Below are positions 25,154-39,629 of a stretch of 64,000 nucleotides of DNA, piece by piece. A program made the translations under genes and the position numbers. The stretch's first letter is position 1. Every line of letters starts with the position of its first letter. The notes under the pieces are model-generated. The model saw only the letters and a list, made by a program, of their open reading frames with translations, was not told the DNA's origin and did no database searches. This stretch comes from the human T2T-CHM13v2.0 reference genome, Homo sapiens, in assembly GCF_009914755.1 (NCBI RefSeq), contig NC_060944.1; one strand, written 5' to 3'.

Positions 25154-28100
25154 GAGCTACCAAAAGGGCATTACACAAGGACACAGACAATTAGGTTAGG
25201 TGGAAGATGAGCGTATCTTTACGGTCATTGTGATGGTAAGCATAAGTCTTGCTCATGAAGATCTTTTCCATCCTTAACCTGGTATCTCCTGAAAATTAGC
25301 AAGAGTGTCTTCTCTTGCTTTCTTTAGATTATTCAAAGCATGTATCATGGTGTCGGCATTTTTTTTAATCCCTTTGCACATAACCCCATCCTTATGAAAA
25401 TACTTGCTCCCTGTTTTCCCTCTTCTCTTTCCACTGCTGGGAACTATTTTGAGCCCTGTCTGTCTGCAGCTTTGCATAAAGTTATAATGAGGCTGGGCCA
25501 GGCAGCCATGGATTTCTCATGCCTACATTCGGCCTGGAATTCAGAAGGGTCACTGGGGGCTGGGGAGAGAAACTCTAGCCTAACTCGTTTGATGCATTTT
25601 GGTTGTACCAGATGGAGGGAAACTGCTAATCTGTAGGATTCCATAGACGGCTTAATTCCCCAAGTTTTGGAGGAGTTTGTTTCTCTAATTTTTTTTTTAG
25701 CCATAAGTCTTGAAAATCCTGCACCACATAACAAAAACCAGAGGTATTTTTCTGTTGTTCTCCTTTCCTTTGACCCCCTGGTGCTTCCTCCAAGTATCCT
25801 TAAGTGTGCAGGTGCCTGTGTTAGGGGAGGAATAGGTCTATGGTCCAATGAGCTGATGAGATGATAAATGCTGCGACTTTGAGATTCTTTTTAATCTCAG
25901 CCTTATGGTAATAGGCCATGGAAGAGTGTAAACAGTTTGGGCTAAGGCTTTCTAAATACAGTTGATGAGATCCTGGGAACCACTTATCTTGGGTGGAGTG
26001 GAGCACCTCACTTTGAGTTTGGTGTTAGCGCTGGGGCAAAGGTCTAAGGCCTTCTCCAGTGATTGTGCTATTTAAGGATGTTCAAGGGATGGTGAGGGCC
26101 TTTGGAAACATCTGAGTGGAGTTTGGAGCCAGAGGGACCCTGGAGAGACCCAGCCAGCCCTTTTGTTTCTCAGGGCCAGAAGGAAAGTGCCCACCTTTCC
26201 TGTGAATGAGTCATCCTTGGGACTAGAAGCCTGGGTCTGCCAGCTTAGTAAAGCCTCTGTTTTGCTCTGGTACCTTACCCATCTACGCAGCCTAGTTTGT
26301 CCACCAAGGTGCTGATGTGGCCTGCAGGAGTTATTGCCAAGACATAATTCTTCCACTTCAAGTAATCTAGAGGCCACAAGTAATCTAGAAGGTTTTCTAG
26401 GAAAACCCCTCAAAGACCAGCTGATGAAGGACAAAATAAGTAGAGATCCATTGAGTCAGCCAAGAATGTCATATGTTTGGGACACTGGGTAGGGCTGTGC
26501 AGTGATGGCTCATTTGGACCCTATTCATTCATTCGTTTAACAGGTATTTATTATTGAGATATTGGGACTTGATTTTGAGCCAGACATGGTGTCAGCTGCC
26601 CTGGATGGAGAGGTGAATGGGGCAGACACAACCAGTGGCTCCGGCTGGACAAGGTCCTGCTGTTGCTGAGCCAGGGGGTTGTGCCTGGGCCAGACACCAT
26701 CTCTTAAATGAAACGAAGGAACTGGCCCTCATTCTTAGATCTGATTGGTAGGGGATAATGCTCAGTATTCTTTTTGAAAATGTATGTGATACTGTTAAAA
26801 TTCTCAAACAGCCAAGTCCTGGGTAAATCCAAAGGTTTTTTGAGGGGGAAAGGAGGGGGATAGAGTAATTTTTTAAAAAGGCAACAATTAACCCACAGCA
26901 CATTGCTCACTGCTTTTGGTATTTCCAAATATTCTAGAATCATGGGCTCTTTCTGAGGGCTGCGGGAGATGGACTTCCCACCTTGTGGGGTGGTGGGATG
27001 AACGGTCTGCCTTGGGTCCTCCCAACTTTAAGCCGTGAGAATTTTCTGCAGCAGAAGGAAAGCTATGAATTGCCGGTTCACTGTTCTGATGTTTAGGAAG
27101 CATAAGCTTTGTATAATATTCTTTAGAACCAGAAAGCGCCTGTGTGTGTTCTCTGCTTATATAATGAGGTCACTGAGGAGCTATGTTTCCTGGCCTATTT
27201 TCTTTCCTGGAAGTTGGAAGGGCACCCCATGGGCTGTCTGGCATAAGGCCTGGCCCACAGCAGACTTTCATAAGCATTTGATGAGCGGGCAAGGAATAAG
27301 TTCAGTAGAGGACGAAACTTCTGAGGTGGTCAAATGAGCGTCCGGGGGTGGGCTCTGAGCCTCCTGGGAAGGAAGGGATGGCATGCCTGCCTCCACCTGC
27401 TGAAGGACAGACAGTGGGCAGCGGGCACACCTGGGGGAAAGGAGGGGCATAGCCTGCTTCCACCTGTGGAGGACAGACATTTCACAGTGCACACACTTGG
27501 GGGAAAGGACTCCAGCCAGCTTACTGTGCTGGGTTTGTCCTGATTCTGAACATGCTTTTCTGTGTGTTGTCGCAGTGAAGAAAATTTTTCCTTGTCCTCA
27601 ACAGCTGGGGAGACTACAAGCCTTCCTCTTATACCCAAGAGTCTGTGGTTGCCATCTCATGAAAGTGAGGTCCAGGATCAGCCAGAGTTCACTGGTCACA
27701 AGCAACAGAAACCTAGTCTAGCTGGCAAAGCACAGGAGGAGTTTATTGGAAGGACACGGGAAAGCTCACAGACTGGAGGCAAGAAGAAGCCCTAGGCTCT
27801 GAAAGGAGAGGTGTTAGGACAGGATTGGGGGTCTAGGGGTGCACCAAATGGACAAGGAGGGGCGGGGCTGCTTGGCAAATTGTAGCTCCAGAGTGTTTTC
27901 TGATCTCGAGTTGCCCCTCTTAGGAGTCTTGGGAGAGAGTGGGTCCTATTGGCCCAGTTTAGGTCTCCTGACCAGTCCTCAGGCAGTGGTAGGTGAGGCC
28001 CATCAATTGACTGCCCCCCAGAGACCTCACACAATGGAAGGCGGATAATTCTCCAAAGAGAAGGTGGCAGACTGGATCCTAGGAGACAAAAATAACCAAT

Positions 28101-29238
28101 GCTGGCCTCGGGCTCCAGAGAATTCCCTGCTTCTCAGTCCTTGGAGTGCAGGTGCTCCTGTTCCTGGTCCTATCCCTCCCCTTTGTCTCCATGTGTTGTG
28201 CGTAGCAGTGTCTGCTGGATGTTTGCTGAAGCAAAGGGTCACTTTCATGGGCCTTTGAATAGTCAGCCACTTCCACACCAGAGATTGCATATGTAGGTGT
28301 GCTGGAGGGCATTTTGTTTTTTCTAAGGGTATTTGGATTAATCTTTCTATTTCACCCTGTCTTAGTCATTAGAGCCACGTTCTGACTGGTTCAGATTACA
28401 GATGGTAAATAAAGGTGATTGACATTTTCCTCCCTGCCCAGGCAGACATTTCTAAGCTTGGGAGAGTTGATGAGTGGTGCCTTCTAGGGAATGTAATAAA
28501 GTCTGAAATTGAGCTGTAGTTAGAAAGCATGCGAGGGTCTAGAAGTTGTTTCTCCAGGGAATGGCAGGAGGTAGTATCCAATGACTGCTGGTGCCTGGCA
28601 GCTGGGGGCTGCCTCCTGACTGTCTGCCAGTGGGAAACAGTTGTTTCTCCTCCTCTTGGCCACAGGACAAGTCACAGAGCCATGCTTTCTGTACAATATG
28701 TCCCCTGGGCCAAAAGGCAATATTGCCTCTGCTTTCCCAGTTCAGAAGGAAAAATGTGAACCGAGGAAGCAGATCATCAACTTGACATGTATCCTAAGTG
28801 TGACATGAACATGTTCTATTTGTTGGGGAGACACTCAAGTCACCAGCTGGGCTTTTTAAATGAAAACAACACCTCTATTTAAATGAAACAACGCCTCTAT
28901 CTGTAAAGAGGAAAATAGTATCAGGTACTCATTTTGTTCATGTGTCATCTGACCTATCTGCCTTCGCTTTATGGAATAAACCACTAGACTAGGAGTTGTA
29001 AACTCAGATGCTCCTGAGGGCCAGACACATAAAAAAGATGAGCGAAGGGGGCCAGGTATAAAACTACTGAAAATGGTGGGGACTGGGGCAGAATGGAGGG
29101 TTTACGCCCAGTCTCTGAGATCATTACCCGGCTGCCATGCTGGAATATGAGGTTGGTATTAGCACAACTTCCAATTCTTCAAGAAAAGCTGGAAATCGGG
29201 ATGTTTATGTGAAATTTCCGGATTTAACAAAAAACACT

Positions 29239-29573
<335 letters not shown>

Positions 29574-32500
29574 TCAGTACTGGATTAAAAGTGTATGTGT
29601 GCAGGGCAGGGCCCCGCCCCTTGTCTGTCTTTACATAAGTTTTACCCGGAGTCTAGTCCAGCGCCTGCATGTTGAAAAGCAGTTGGCAAATATTTGTTGA
29701 ATGCTATTCAGTTGTGGGGGGTGGAATAAAAACTGGGTTTTCAATAGGGAATGACAGTTTGATAAGCTTTCCTAAGAATTTAGAATCTGGTCAGTGGGAA
29801 TATCTGTGTCTCTTCTTTAAACTTCAGATATACAGGCCAGTCTCCTGATCAGAAAGATGGAGAGTGTTAATTCATTCATGAAAAGGCAACACGGAACTTA
29901 AAAACAGAATCTTTAAAACAAAAGTCAGCTTTCCTTATTTAAAAACTTCTTGTAGAGAGAAATAAAGCGTTTTCAGTGTGGTGTTGCAGATGAAGAATGA
30001 ATATGAGAGATTGGGGAATTTAATATTTAATAACACTTATACATGATGTTTGGGAAAACGTGACAAATAAGAAACATTTGATAAAAAAGACTCTGTTGTC
30101 ACCACACCAATCAAATAATGAATGTTCTGAATACATAAGTTGAGTGATAATTTATTGGATGAACACACACAACACCAGAGATTGCGTATGTAAGTGTGCT
30201 GGAGGGCATTTTGTTTTTTCTAAGGATATTTGGATTAATCTTCTCACCTGCTTTTCTTTTGCATGGAGCTTTGTTTTATAACTGAGACATGAACAGATGG
30301 AAGAGCTGCCTACTTGTATAAAGGATTGTATTCTGAAAACCCCGTTGTATTATAGAGCGGTAGGCCCCAGCCACTGGGCAGGGCATGCTGGTCAAAGGTT
30401 CTCCGCCAATTTCACTTCACGTTCATGGTCCACCGTTAGGTCTTTCCTGTTCACTACTCAGTAAACAGCCAGCGATGAAGCAGGCCACAAATGAAATATG
30501 AATGCTCATGAGATATGAGTACGTTATCACTACTGAAATAGAAGTGCTCATGAGCTGGTAATCTGGCGTCAGAGCTCGGTGAGAAGGTGGTGTCGAATGA
30601 GGTGACCTGTGGCCTTGGGCTCCTTATTACCCTTCTTTATTGCTAAGTCAAACATCTCAAATGCCAAGCTTAGTAGGTGGGACTTTTCTGATACAACTCA
30701 CTTGACCTCCCAGACCAGATAAATAACAATAGTAGCTACTGTTTGCTTATGGCACTTTGCTAAGTATTTTCCATGCAGTATCTCCTTTGCTTTGTCCAGC
30801 CACACTTTTGTCGACCAGGAAGTTGTTGAGAGGGTGAAGTGATCATCATGTAACATAAGAGCAGTATTACCAGGTCATGTGTCTCTGTGTGTACCTTGCA
30901 CATACCTGTACCTACTGGCCTTTTTTCCTTTACCTGTTTTCGTAGTCCAACAGCATATAACTCCTGAAGGCATGGACACATAGGGATGTGCCTTTCTGTG
31001 TCCCTGTGACACTTACATTGATACCACGTATATAGTGGATGCTGAAGAATGTTGGAGATTCTTTCAGTGATTTTTGTGGTTATTGAACTCTTTAGGGTGA
31101 AAAGAATCCTGTCTCGCCAGACTAGAATGATCTCACCATGAATTACCAGTTGCTCAATCAATAATCTGTTCGCCTGGCCTTGTGTGAGGCCCATGGTGGG
31201 TAAAAAAGAAGTAAAAGACCTGCCCTCTCTTTTGAGGATCCAGTAATCTGCCTTTAGACTTGGGTAAGAAACACTGCAACTCTGGGCCCTGTGGGTTAGA
31301 GGACTGCCTCTGACGCCACTCTGGCCATGCCTCCCACCCCACTGTAAGAGTCTGGGACTCAAAGCCATATGCTCCCTCTTCAAGACCATGTTCCAGGTAT
31401 TCAGGGGCTGGAATTCCCTACTCACGCATCCCCAAGACCACTTCCAGGGCCTGACACTTGGGGATGAGCAGGGCTCCAGGTACATATCTCCAGGCCTGCA
31501 GGGTGACAGCTGCTTACAGGATGTAGGGTGGAAGGAGCTTGGAGGAAGCAGCCTGGGGCATGCACGGGGAGTGCTTGAAGCCAGCGCTGGTGTGGGATGG
31601 CGCAGGATAGCAGAGAAGGTACTGGGCCTCCACCACATGTCGATACGGAGTGGCCAGGAGCCCAGGATTCTAAATTAAAAGCTGGACCTGCAAGGCAGCA
31701 TTTGGAAGCCACATTTGTCCAGATACAGGAGATAACACTTTTTCGTTTCAGGGCTTATCAGATCGATTGAAACCTTTAAATGATTAGCCCTGTGGGAGGT
31801 GGGCCTCCATCGCGAACTCTCATTCCAGACTCTACAATGTCAGCGGCAGGCTCTGCTGGGCCGTCAGCTTCCCTCACCTCCGCACGGGTCGGTCAGCAGA
31901 CTGCACACCCGGAAGGCCCAGGCCTTGGTGGAGGGGTTTCTGTGCCTCAAGGCTGTAGGGCAGGGGAGGGGGCCGTGCCTCTCTAAACTGCCAGAGCCTG
32001 TTTGCACACCAGCACTTTACCGCGCTTGGCGGCCGGGGAAGTGCTAAGCCTGTCTTCATTAACAAATACCATGTTGCCTTGTTTCCTTACTTAAAACACT
32101 TTGGAGTGTTTTGGCTCAAGTTGAGGGGCTCTACATGTGCAAATGCATAATCAGCTGACAGCAGTTTCAAAATTGCAGGTCTCACTATTGATGGAGAAAT
32201 GGGAGCGTTGTTATTCCTTGTGTGTAATTTTCTCCAAGAAATGGGGGGATTGATTTAATGTCAACACTCAGAGATTTAATGTGGCCCTGTTACTGGAAAA
32301 ATACACCTTTGCCAAACTCTGCCTCAAAACAATGTCTACATTGTCTTGCTGCACTCCCTACCCCCATTTCCCATTCCTGAGAAAAAACGGGCTTGAAGGA
32401 GGGTTCAGCTCAATACAGGGCTGGATCCTGCCCTCTGTCTCCGTTTCCTGAGCACAGATGGCTCATCAGCGGGGCCTGTCTCTGCCTGGAGGGATCCCAC

Positions 32501-32752
32501 CACCTCTGTTTCTGAGGAACTTGGGTGGGAGGGAGTTAGTGGGGAGAACAAGAGTCAACGAACAGGGTGGGGTCAGTTTTAGGCTCTTGTGTTCAACCCA
32601 GCAGGGAGGCGGGGGCGGGGGACTCCCTCCAAGCCTTAGGTCACTATGGGGCTTCCTGGCCCAATTTGCCCTCACTGTCGCAAAAAGGCTTTATGGTGTG
32701 TGTTTCAAATGAAAAGAAATTCAATTTGATTTTATTTTGAAAATGCAGCGAG

Positions 32753-33117
<365 letters not shown>

Positions 33118-34319
33118 TCAGGACTCCCTTTGAAGTGGATAATTGGTACTACTCAGTGGGGTTCATGGAAACCAAGGTGGTTCATCTCTGGGGACTAGCA
33201 AGAAAACCAATGTTTATTGGAAAAGTGGCTTTGGCCACATGTTTCTTCTAGCTATTAGTAATTTGTTCCTCAAATCAAGCTAGTAAGTTAAGGATCTGCT
33301 TTCAACTTCTTCCCGCTGAACTGCCTGGCAGGCACCCCCTTTTTCTCTGGCAAGTGATGATTTGGATGTGCACACTCACTAGAACCAGCTTCCACGGGTT
33401 TTGCTCTGAACCACACCATCACACTCCTCCTGCCAACGCCAACCATAAACGAAATTGGTCAATGGTTTCAAGCCTTCTTCATCACGCGGCTCTTCTGAGG
33501 CTGGTTCCACTTTCAGCTGCATGGCCAGGCCCTCACCCGCCTCTCAGAGGTCACGGAGTGTTCCTTCTGATGTTTGTCTCTTTGAGGAAGCAACTTTCAA
33601 AGGCCGGGATGCATCTCTAATGACTGTAATTGCATTTCCCATCTTCTCATTAGCACAAACTGCTGTGCACATGGAAGAAATTCAGTCAGAAACCTCAGGT
33701 CTGGCCTCAGGCTGCGGGGTAGGCAGGTGATCTGATCAGGGCGAAGACCCAGACCAGCACGTAGGTTGCCCCACATGCCCTTGGCACAGGAAGAAAAGCC
33801 TCTGGAACAGGTGCTATGGTTGTCTTTAATTCTTTCTCGGCTTTCCATGGAATGAGGAGGAGGCCCAGATGGTACTTCCAGAGCCGAGGAGCAGAACCCG
33901 GCCCGGAGGAGCTAGGCCGGCCGTGGTTTGGTCTTGAAGAGAATGAAAGCCCACCCATGTTCACAGATCGCAGAGCCCCAGGGCGTTCAGGCCACACCTG
34001 CAGCTGGTGCCTTGGGTGAGGCTAAGGGGCTCACAAGTGCAGGCACACATGCCCAGACGCCTGCTGGGCTCCAAGAGTGCTGGCTGCTGCCCAGCTACCC
34101 AGACCCTCCATGTCCTTCCATGCCCTCAGCCCCAACTCTCTTCCTGGGGGTTGTGGAGGGCAGGGGGTGCACAGTTCACTCCAGAACCTTCCTAAGACCC
34201 AGAGCTGTAGTGGGGAGGGTTGTGAACACCAGTTTCTGAGACCTTTTCAGCCAGGCGGTGGTTCTCGCTCCACACCCTTGGGGGCCCCTGAGCAGGGAGG
34301 CCTGGGTGTGCTCACCTAA

Positions 34320-34607
<288 letters not shown>

Positions 34608-35694
34608 TAGTTCAGTCACATCCTGACCTACTGTCGTCCTGTGGGCCAGAGAAAGGAGGTGCTGAGCCCAGAAAAGACCCAGGTCCTCAGCATCAGGAGG
34701 GCAGGAGATGCAGCGTCCCCACCCCCTTGCTGCCTTTTGGAACAGAAGCTTCACAGTGGCCGTGGCTACATCTGGTTTCCAGACATATGTTTTTCTGGCC
34801 TGCACAGCACTTTGTGAAAATCTGAATAAGTTGCCAACACTTAAAAGATTGAAGAATTAACCCCTGCCAAATGCGTATTTTTAGCCTTCTCGAAAATAGC
34901 CCATGATAAGAGTGCAAAAGGCTTATTGGGAGGGGGGGGAACCCAGCACGTAGGACCATCTGGTCTCAGAGCCCCCCTTCTCTTTGGCCACCCTCAGCTG
35001 GAACTGAGTGGGGGCATCTCACGTTTGAGTAGGATGTGCAATATCCATTTACCTGTTACCAATTTATCTTACTTTGTAGCCCCTGGAGGCCCCCAAGTTT
35101 GAGACCCTGTGGTCTGTCCTGGCTGCCTTAGGGAAGCTTGCAAATCACGTTGAATGGAACCAACAGGCAGACTCCATGTTTGACCCAGGGGCTTTGAGCT
35201 GGTATTCACATAACAGGTATTCCTGTTAATGCTCCTTACTCCATCTTTTTCTTAACTTCGGGCCAAGATTCATGAACCCAGTGAGGCAGATTGGCCCTTT
35301 CAAAACCCTTCCTGGAGCAGGCGTAGGTGAGCTGCCCTGATGCACACAAAAGACACATAGGCAGGGGTGAGCTCCCAACACCCCAACAAGGCAGACGGTA
35401 GCGCTCAGGACCCCAGGATCTGCCGTCTGTGAAACCCAGTGTGAACTGCATGGTTTTTCCCCCCTTCTGGGCTTTTAAACATCCGATGAATAAGTGAGTG
35501 GTGAGTATATTCTGTACTTTGGTAGAAATCCACCCACCGAGTGCTCAGCCTTCAGAAACTGTGCCTGAGACGCAGTCCTTGGGGAACGCACTAATGTGCT
35601 CATTGGTGGGGAAGAGGAAGTCATAATTTGACACCGAAAAACCAGCCACAGGGAAAGGCAGGTTGATTGATTAAAACCAGCTCTCTCCCCACAG

Positions 35695-35740
35695 TAATTC
35701 AAGGACGGCAGAAAAAACAGACAAAGAAGAGGAAGGGAAG
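35695..35740 (+). CDS. EDN3: Endothelin-3 precursor, exon 4 (SNSRTAEKTDKEEEGK); alternative donor extends it to 35775
   Basis: Acceptor ctctctccccacag| and donor AAG|GTGAGA. Second donor GAG|GTGAAG after 35775. Frame continues from exon 3. Confidence 0.93.
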
Positions 35741-36719
35741 GTGAGAGGTGCCAACAGAGGCCTGTGTCAAAGGAGGTGAAGATGTGACGTGTCATTCCTT
35801 CGGGGGTGGGTGGAGGGTGTTTTGAGGGGATGGCATCTGGTCTGGTCCAGTGGGAACCCCAGATCTCATGGGATGCTGCACCCACAAGCAATGGTGCCTT
35901 TGGTGGACCGTTTCTGGGGGCAGAGCGGGCTGAAGCTGTGGACAGCTGCTGTCACTTGTCGGTCCCTGGCCACCCTGCTCTGTGTCCTGGGAGCCAGCCC
36001 TTGCATCCCTTGTAGCTCTGGGCAGTGATGTCCTGCCTGGATTTCACCTGGCCTGGACAAAGCTAGTCAACCACCGCTCTCAGAGGCCCTGTAGGCTGCT
36101 CTGCCCAGACCCACACTTCGCCTCTGCTTCCTTAGCAACATGTGGTCTTTCTCGTCAAAAAAATCATTTATTCTTTTCAGCAGCTGATTCTGGGCAGAGG
36201 TGAATTACAGCAGCTTGACAGCAGGGTCCCTTGGTTCTCCAGTTCATTGTATTATTTTTTTTAACCCACTTGTCTTTTTTGTATGAGAGATCCTGAGGGT
36301 TTCCTGCAGTCAAACTGGGTTTATTTGTCATTCTATCAATCAGAAGTCATTATTAATGACTCCGCAGCTCATCTGCAATGGGATGGTAATTTATGTTCAT
36401 AATAATAGCCTGGAGGTGGCTTGGGTTTCTACAGAGACTGATCGAGGGAAGATGAAACCATGCTCAGTATACAGGAGCTTTCCAAATTGGTGGCAGATCG
36501 CTTCTAGTCTAGTCCAGAGAGGGATCTGTCAGCAACCATAATAAAAATGGAGCGGGAGGAGGAGGGCCGAGGCGGAAGAGACAGAGCCCGGGAGAGCATG
36601 AGTCAGACCCAGATGGTCCCACTTTGCCTCTTCATTCTTTTTCCTCTTTTTCTCTTCCTCACCCCAAACCAAAGCTCCTCTCAGCGAGGGCGGGATGTAA
36701 TTAAACCCATCCATCCATT

Positions 36720-37100
36720 GCATCATTTATTCATTCGCTTATGCATTCGTTCAGCAAAGACTTGTTGGGCACCTGCTACGGGCTGGGCACCATTCTCGAT
36801 GCTGGGGACATAGCAGGAACAAGGCATAGGATCTCTTTTATAGAGCTTAACTAGTGGGGATGCAGACAGCAAACATGTACAATTTAAAGTGAGATTGCAA
36901 AGAATAACAGAAAGACACGGCAAGGGTAGGAAGCGTGGGGTGGTTGCAGTTTGAGATGGGGTTGACGTGGCCTCATCTTTCTCACCAGGTGACCTGAAGG
37001 AAGGCTGGGAGGAGCCATAGGGATGAGTGAGGGAAAGGGATTTCAGGTAGGGGAACCGGTGAGTGCAAACGCCCTAGAGTGTGCTCAGGGAACGGCCAGA
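36720..37100. mobile_element. L2 LINE 3' fragment
   Basis: 'catttattcattc...cattcgttcagcaaagacttgttgggcacctgctac...ctgggcacc...gctggggaca' resembles the L2 3' end. Confidence 0.55.
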
Positions 37101-37497
37101 AGGGAGCCCTATATAGGAGAAGCACACCGGTCCTTTTGCTGTTGTGGTGATTATTACTGTTCTATGTCACATGTTCAAAAGATGCAATTGGTGGTGCAGA
37201 TGTCCCAGCAGGGCCTGGAAAAGTGGTTCTTCCAGGTCTCTATGAGTCATGTAAAGCTCTAGTAAGAAGCTTTACTTGGGAAGAAAAAGTCTCTTATTAA
37301 GCCAATGTTCTTGCTTTCTTGCAAGATTCAAGTTAGTAATTCCCAGATTCACATTCTCAGAGTGGAAGCTGTCACCATCCTTAGCTTGTGGTAATCAAAG
37401 ATGGGGCCAGGCTGCGGGAGGGCCCCTAGCAGCCTTGTCTGCTGGTGTTATTCTTTTCACACTTTTCCAGTCTGGTGGTAGGCTCGGAAATTGCTGA

Positions 37498-37782
<285 letters not shown>

Positions 37783-39315
37783 GAGGACAGGCCTGCAGCA
37801 TCCTGGTCTCGGGAGGCTTCTGTCATTGCTCACACACAGTTCAGATTTCCACCTCTTTATAGACAAGAAGTGAATTTGCCTGGGGCAGAACACCCACCCA
37901 AAGAGTCCCCACTTAACAATACCCCCCCCCCACGGCAAGAATGCCCAAATCCGAATGACCCCAGTTTTCCTAATGAGTAAAATGATCCCAGATGTGCCCC
38001 AGAGCATGACGCCTGCAGCTCCGGTTTCATGCAGGAAATTGGTTTTGGAGAGTTTTGGCAAGTTGGAAAGCCACTTACTGGCTTTTGACATGACTTCTCT
38101 TGGAGAATAAGTGGACTCCAAGCTAACTCTTTGCAAATGTAAACACATGTCCATCTTGTAATAAATGCAAAATGCCCGTGCAGCAGAAGCATGCGACTTT
38201 CATATCCTTGCCTAGAATAGGCTGCATGGTGTATGTCAGTGAGGGCCACGAGGCGTCGGCTTTAGACACAGATCATAGCTCTACAGGAGTTTATGAATTT
38301 GAAGCTTATGGGATTTTGGCAGAGAAATTTTCAGCTGTGCTTGATACCCACCAAAAGAATGTATCTCGAAAGAATGAAGGAAGAAGAAAAAAGGATCCTT
38401 GATGTTTGTGACAAGAAAATGAGAAAGTTAGTATCTGCAATACAGAGCTTGTTCCTGTTCAGTGACTGACCCTCTGTATTCTGTATAGACACCAGGCCGA
38501 TACACAGTGGAGTTCCCAGGCCTTGTTTGCAGGAAGCCGACTGTAAAGACAGCCCCAGCTCAAGGCTATTAGGTTGAATATTTGCTTTCATGAGTAAATG
38601 TGGATCTTTGGGGAATGGCTTCAAAATAAGTCACGAACACAAATTCTTTGTAAATTATGTAAATTCCTGTTTATATAAATTGGCAACAACTTATACCGTC
38701 TGACAGTTCAAAATCTCTTTCAGCTGCGCTCTTCCCACCGAGCCGAGCTTACTGTGAGTGTGGAGATGTTATCCCACCATGTAAAGTCGCCTGCGCAGGG
38801 GAGGGCTGCCCATCTCCCCAACCCAGTCACAGAGAGATAGGAAACGGCATTTGAGTGGGTGTCCAGGGCCCCGTAGAGAGACATTTAAGATGGTGTATGA
38901 CAGAGCATTGGCCTTGACCAAATGTTAAATCCTCTGTGTGTATTTCATAAGTTATTACAGGTATAAAAGTGATGACCTATCATGAGGAAATGAAAGTGGC
39001 TGATTTGCTGGTAGGATTTTGTACAGTTTAGAGAAGCGATTATTTATTGTGAAACTGTTCTCCACTCCAACTCCTTTATGTGGATCTGTTCAAAGTAGTC
39101 ACTGTATATACGTATAGAGAGGTAGATAGGTAGGTAGATTTTAAATTGCATTCTGAATACAAACTCATACTCCTTAGAGCTTGAATTACATTTTTAAAAT
39201 GCATATGTGCTGTTTGGCACCGTGGCAAGATGGTATCAGAGAGAAACCCATCAATTGCTCAAATACTCAGAAAGTACTGTCAAAAGCCTAATAAAAAACC
39301 TAAAGTTTGCTCTGA
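37783..39315 (+). other. EDN3: EDN3 3'UTR
   Basis: Apparently repeat-free segment from the stop codon to just past AATAAA at 39290. The end is approximate. Confidence 0.8.
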
Positions 39316-39335
39316 TTTGTGGGTTTTTTTCCTCA
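39290..39335 (+). terminator. EDN3: Polyadenylation signal AATAAA (39290-39295) with downstream GU/U-rich element
   Basis: AATAAA followed ~20 nt later by TTTGTGGGTTTTTTT. Confidence 0.85.
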
Positions 39336-39629
39336 CTGTCTTTATGTGCGGGGTTGCGCATCAACTTTTCATGGACCTCTGGAGAGGACGGGAAGAAGTT
39401 GTGGTTTGGGAAGTGGAATCCATCTAAAGTCAGTTATGGAGCTAGATGAGGGGCTGCCTGAATATTAAGGAAGAAGTGGGGTTTGGGGACCGTTCCAAGA
39501 AGATAAAACATTCACAGCAGTCAGGAAGAGAGAAACCTGGGGAGAGAGCTGGTTCTTCCCCTAGGCCATTGTGCCTTCCTAGCAATAGGGAGGCTTCCTT
39601 GTGGCCCTGCCAAAGATGCCTGTGCAGCC

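Noticed and set aside
30760-31638. 292-aa ORF on the - strand in intron 2
   Set aside because: No recognisable homology, random composition, no promoter or splice support. Probably chance, though a BLASTP/PhyloCSF check was not possible.
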